Origin: Oscillospiraceae bacterium
GTDB lineage: Bacteria > Bacillota > Clostridia > Oscillospirales > Oscillospiraceae
Assembly: GCA_028708585.1 (NCBI GenBank)
Contig: JAQVYO010000002.1
Coordinates: 1 to 25,856 of the forward strand
Reading direction: 5' to 3'
Length of the DNA stretch: 25,856 nucleotides
The translations under genes were made by a program, and so were the position numbers. This document shows positions 25,682-25,856 of this stretch, one piece after another; the first letter of the stretch is position 1; every line of letters starts with the position of its first letter. The notes under the pieces are model-generated. The model was not told where the DNA came from, made no database searches, and saw only the letters and a program-made list of their open reading frames with translations.

Positions 25682-25856
25682 ATGAAAAAAGTGGGGATGG
25701 TCGTCAACTCCTTGGGTTACGGGGGAAACGAGCGGAGCGTCGAGAACATCGCAAATTGCATCTCCGCGTTTCTGGATGTTTCCGTCATTGTTTTGGATGG
25801 CAGTCAAACCAGCAAAACGTTTGGGGTCAAGGTAATTAATTTGGATGTTCCCGCGT
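25682..25856 (+). CDS. Glycosyltransferase (GT4-like), N-terminal fragment running off the window
   Basis: GAGG/AAGG RBS. MKKVGMVVNSLGYGGNERSVENIA resembles the GT4 N-terminal xLxxGGAER motif. Confidence 0.7.
   Translation, partial: MKKVGMVVNSLGYGGNERSVENIANCISAFLDVSVIVLDGSQTSKTFGVKVINLDVPA

Noticed and set aside
1-25856. CRISPR arrays, IS/transposases, integrases, tRNA/rRNA, invertible promoter
   Set aside because: No spaced repeat array, recombinase ORF, cloverleaf or rRNA-like segment, or long inverted repeats flanking a promoter was seen by eye.

Overview
Chromosomal window from a fairly GC-rich Clostridia-like Firmicute (sigmaA-type promoters, GGAGG RBSs, sporeformer-type gene content; taxonomy is inference). 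Left to right: marR with a heterodimeric ABC exporter pair (second subunit runs off the left edge and carries a ~190-aa extracellular loop), a HAD hydrolase, a KimA/YdaO-like K+ transporter, an unannotated 53-aa small ORF with its own promoter, RBS and terminator, rubrerythrin, a stand-alone Wzx-like flippase, a convergent PAP2/DedA pair, a membrane-anchored transglutaminase-like protein, GNAT, reverse rubrerythrin, PerR/Fur, a lytic transglycosylase and a RluA-family pseudouridine synthase that appears to start at ATC. From 16.3 kb comes the 5' part of a surface-polysaccharide operon: UDP-HexNAc dehydrogenase, 4-epimerase, AatB/WcfR-like aminotransferase, an AT-richer LbH acyltransferase/ATP-grasp/SDR/priming-transferase block, a double-GT4 fusion and another GT. 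No rRNA, tRNA, CRISPR array or IS was seen. The best leads are the mosaic polysaccharide locus (possible zwitterionic and/or amide-modified glycan, with a 3x21-bp repeat upstream of its promoter), the small ORF, the ATC start and the structured rubrerythrin leader. All motif matches were made by eye, with no database searches.
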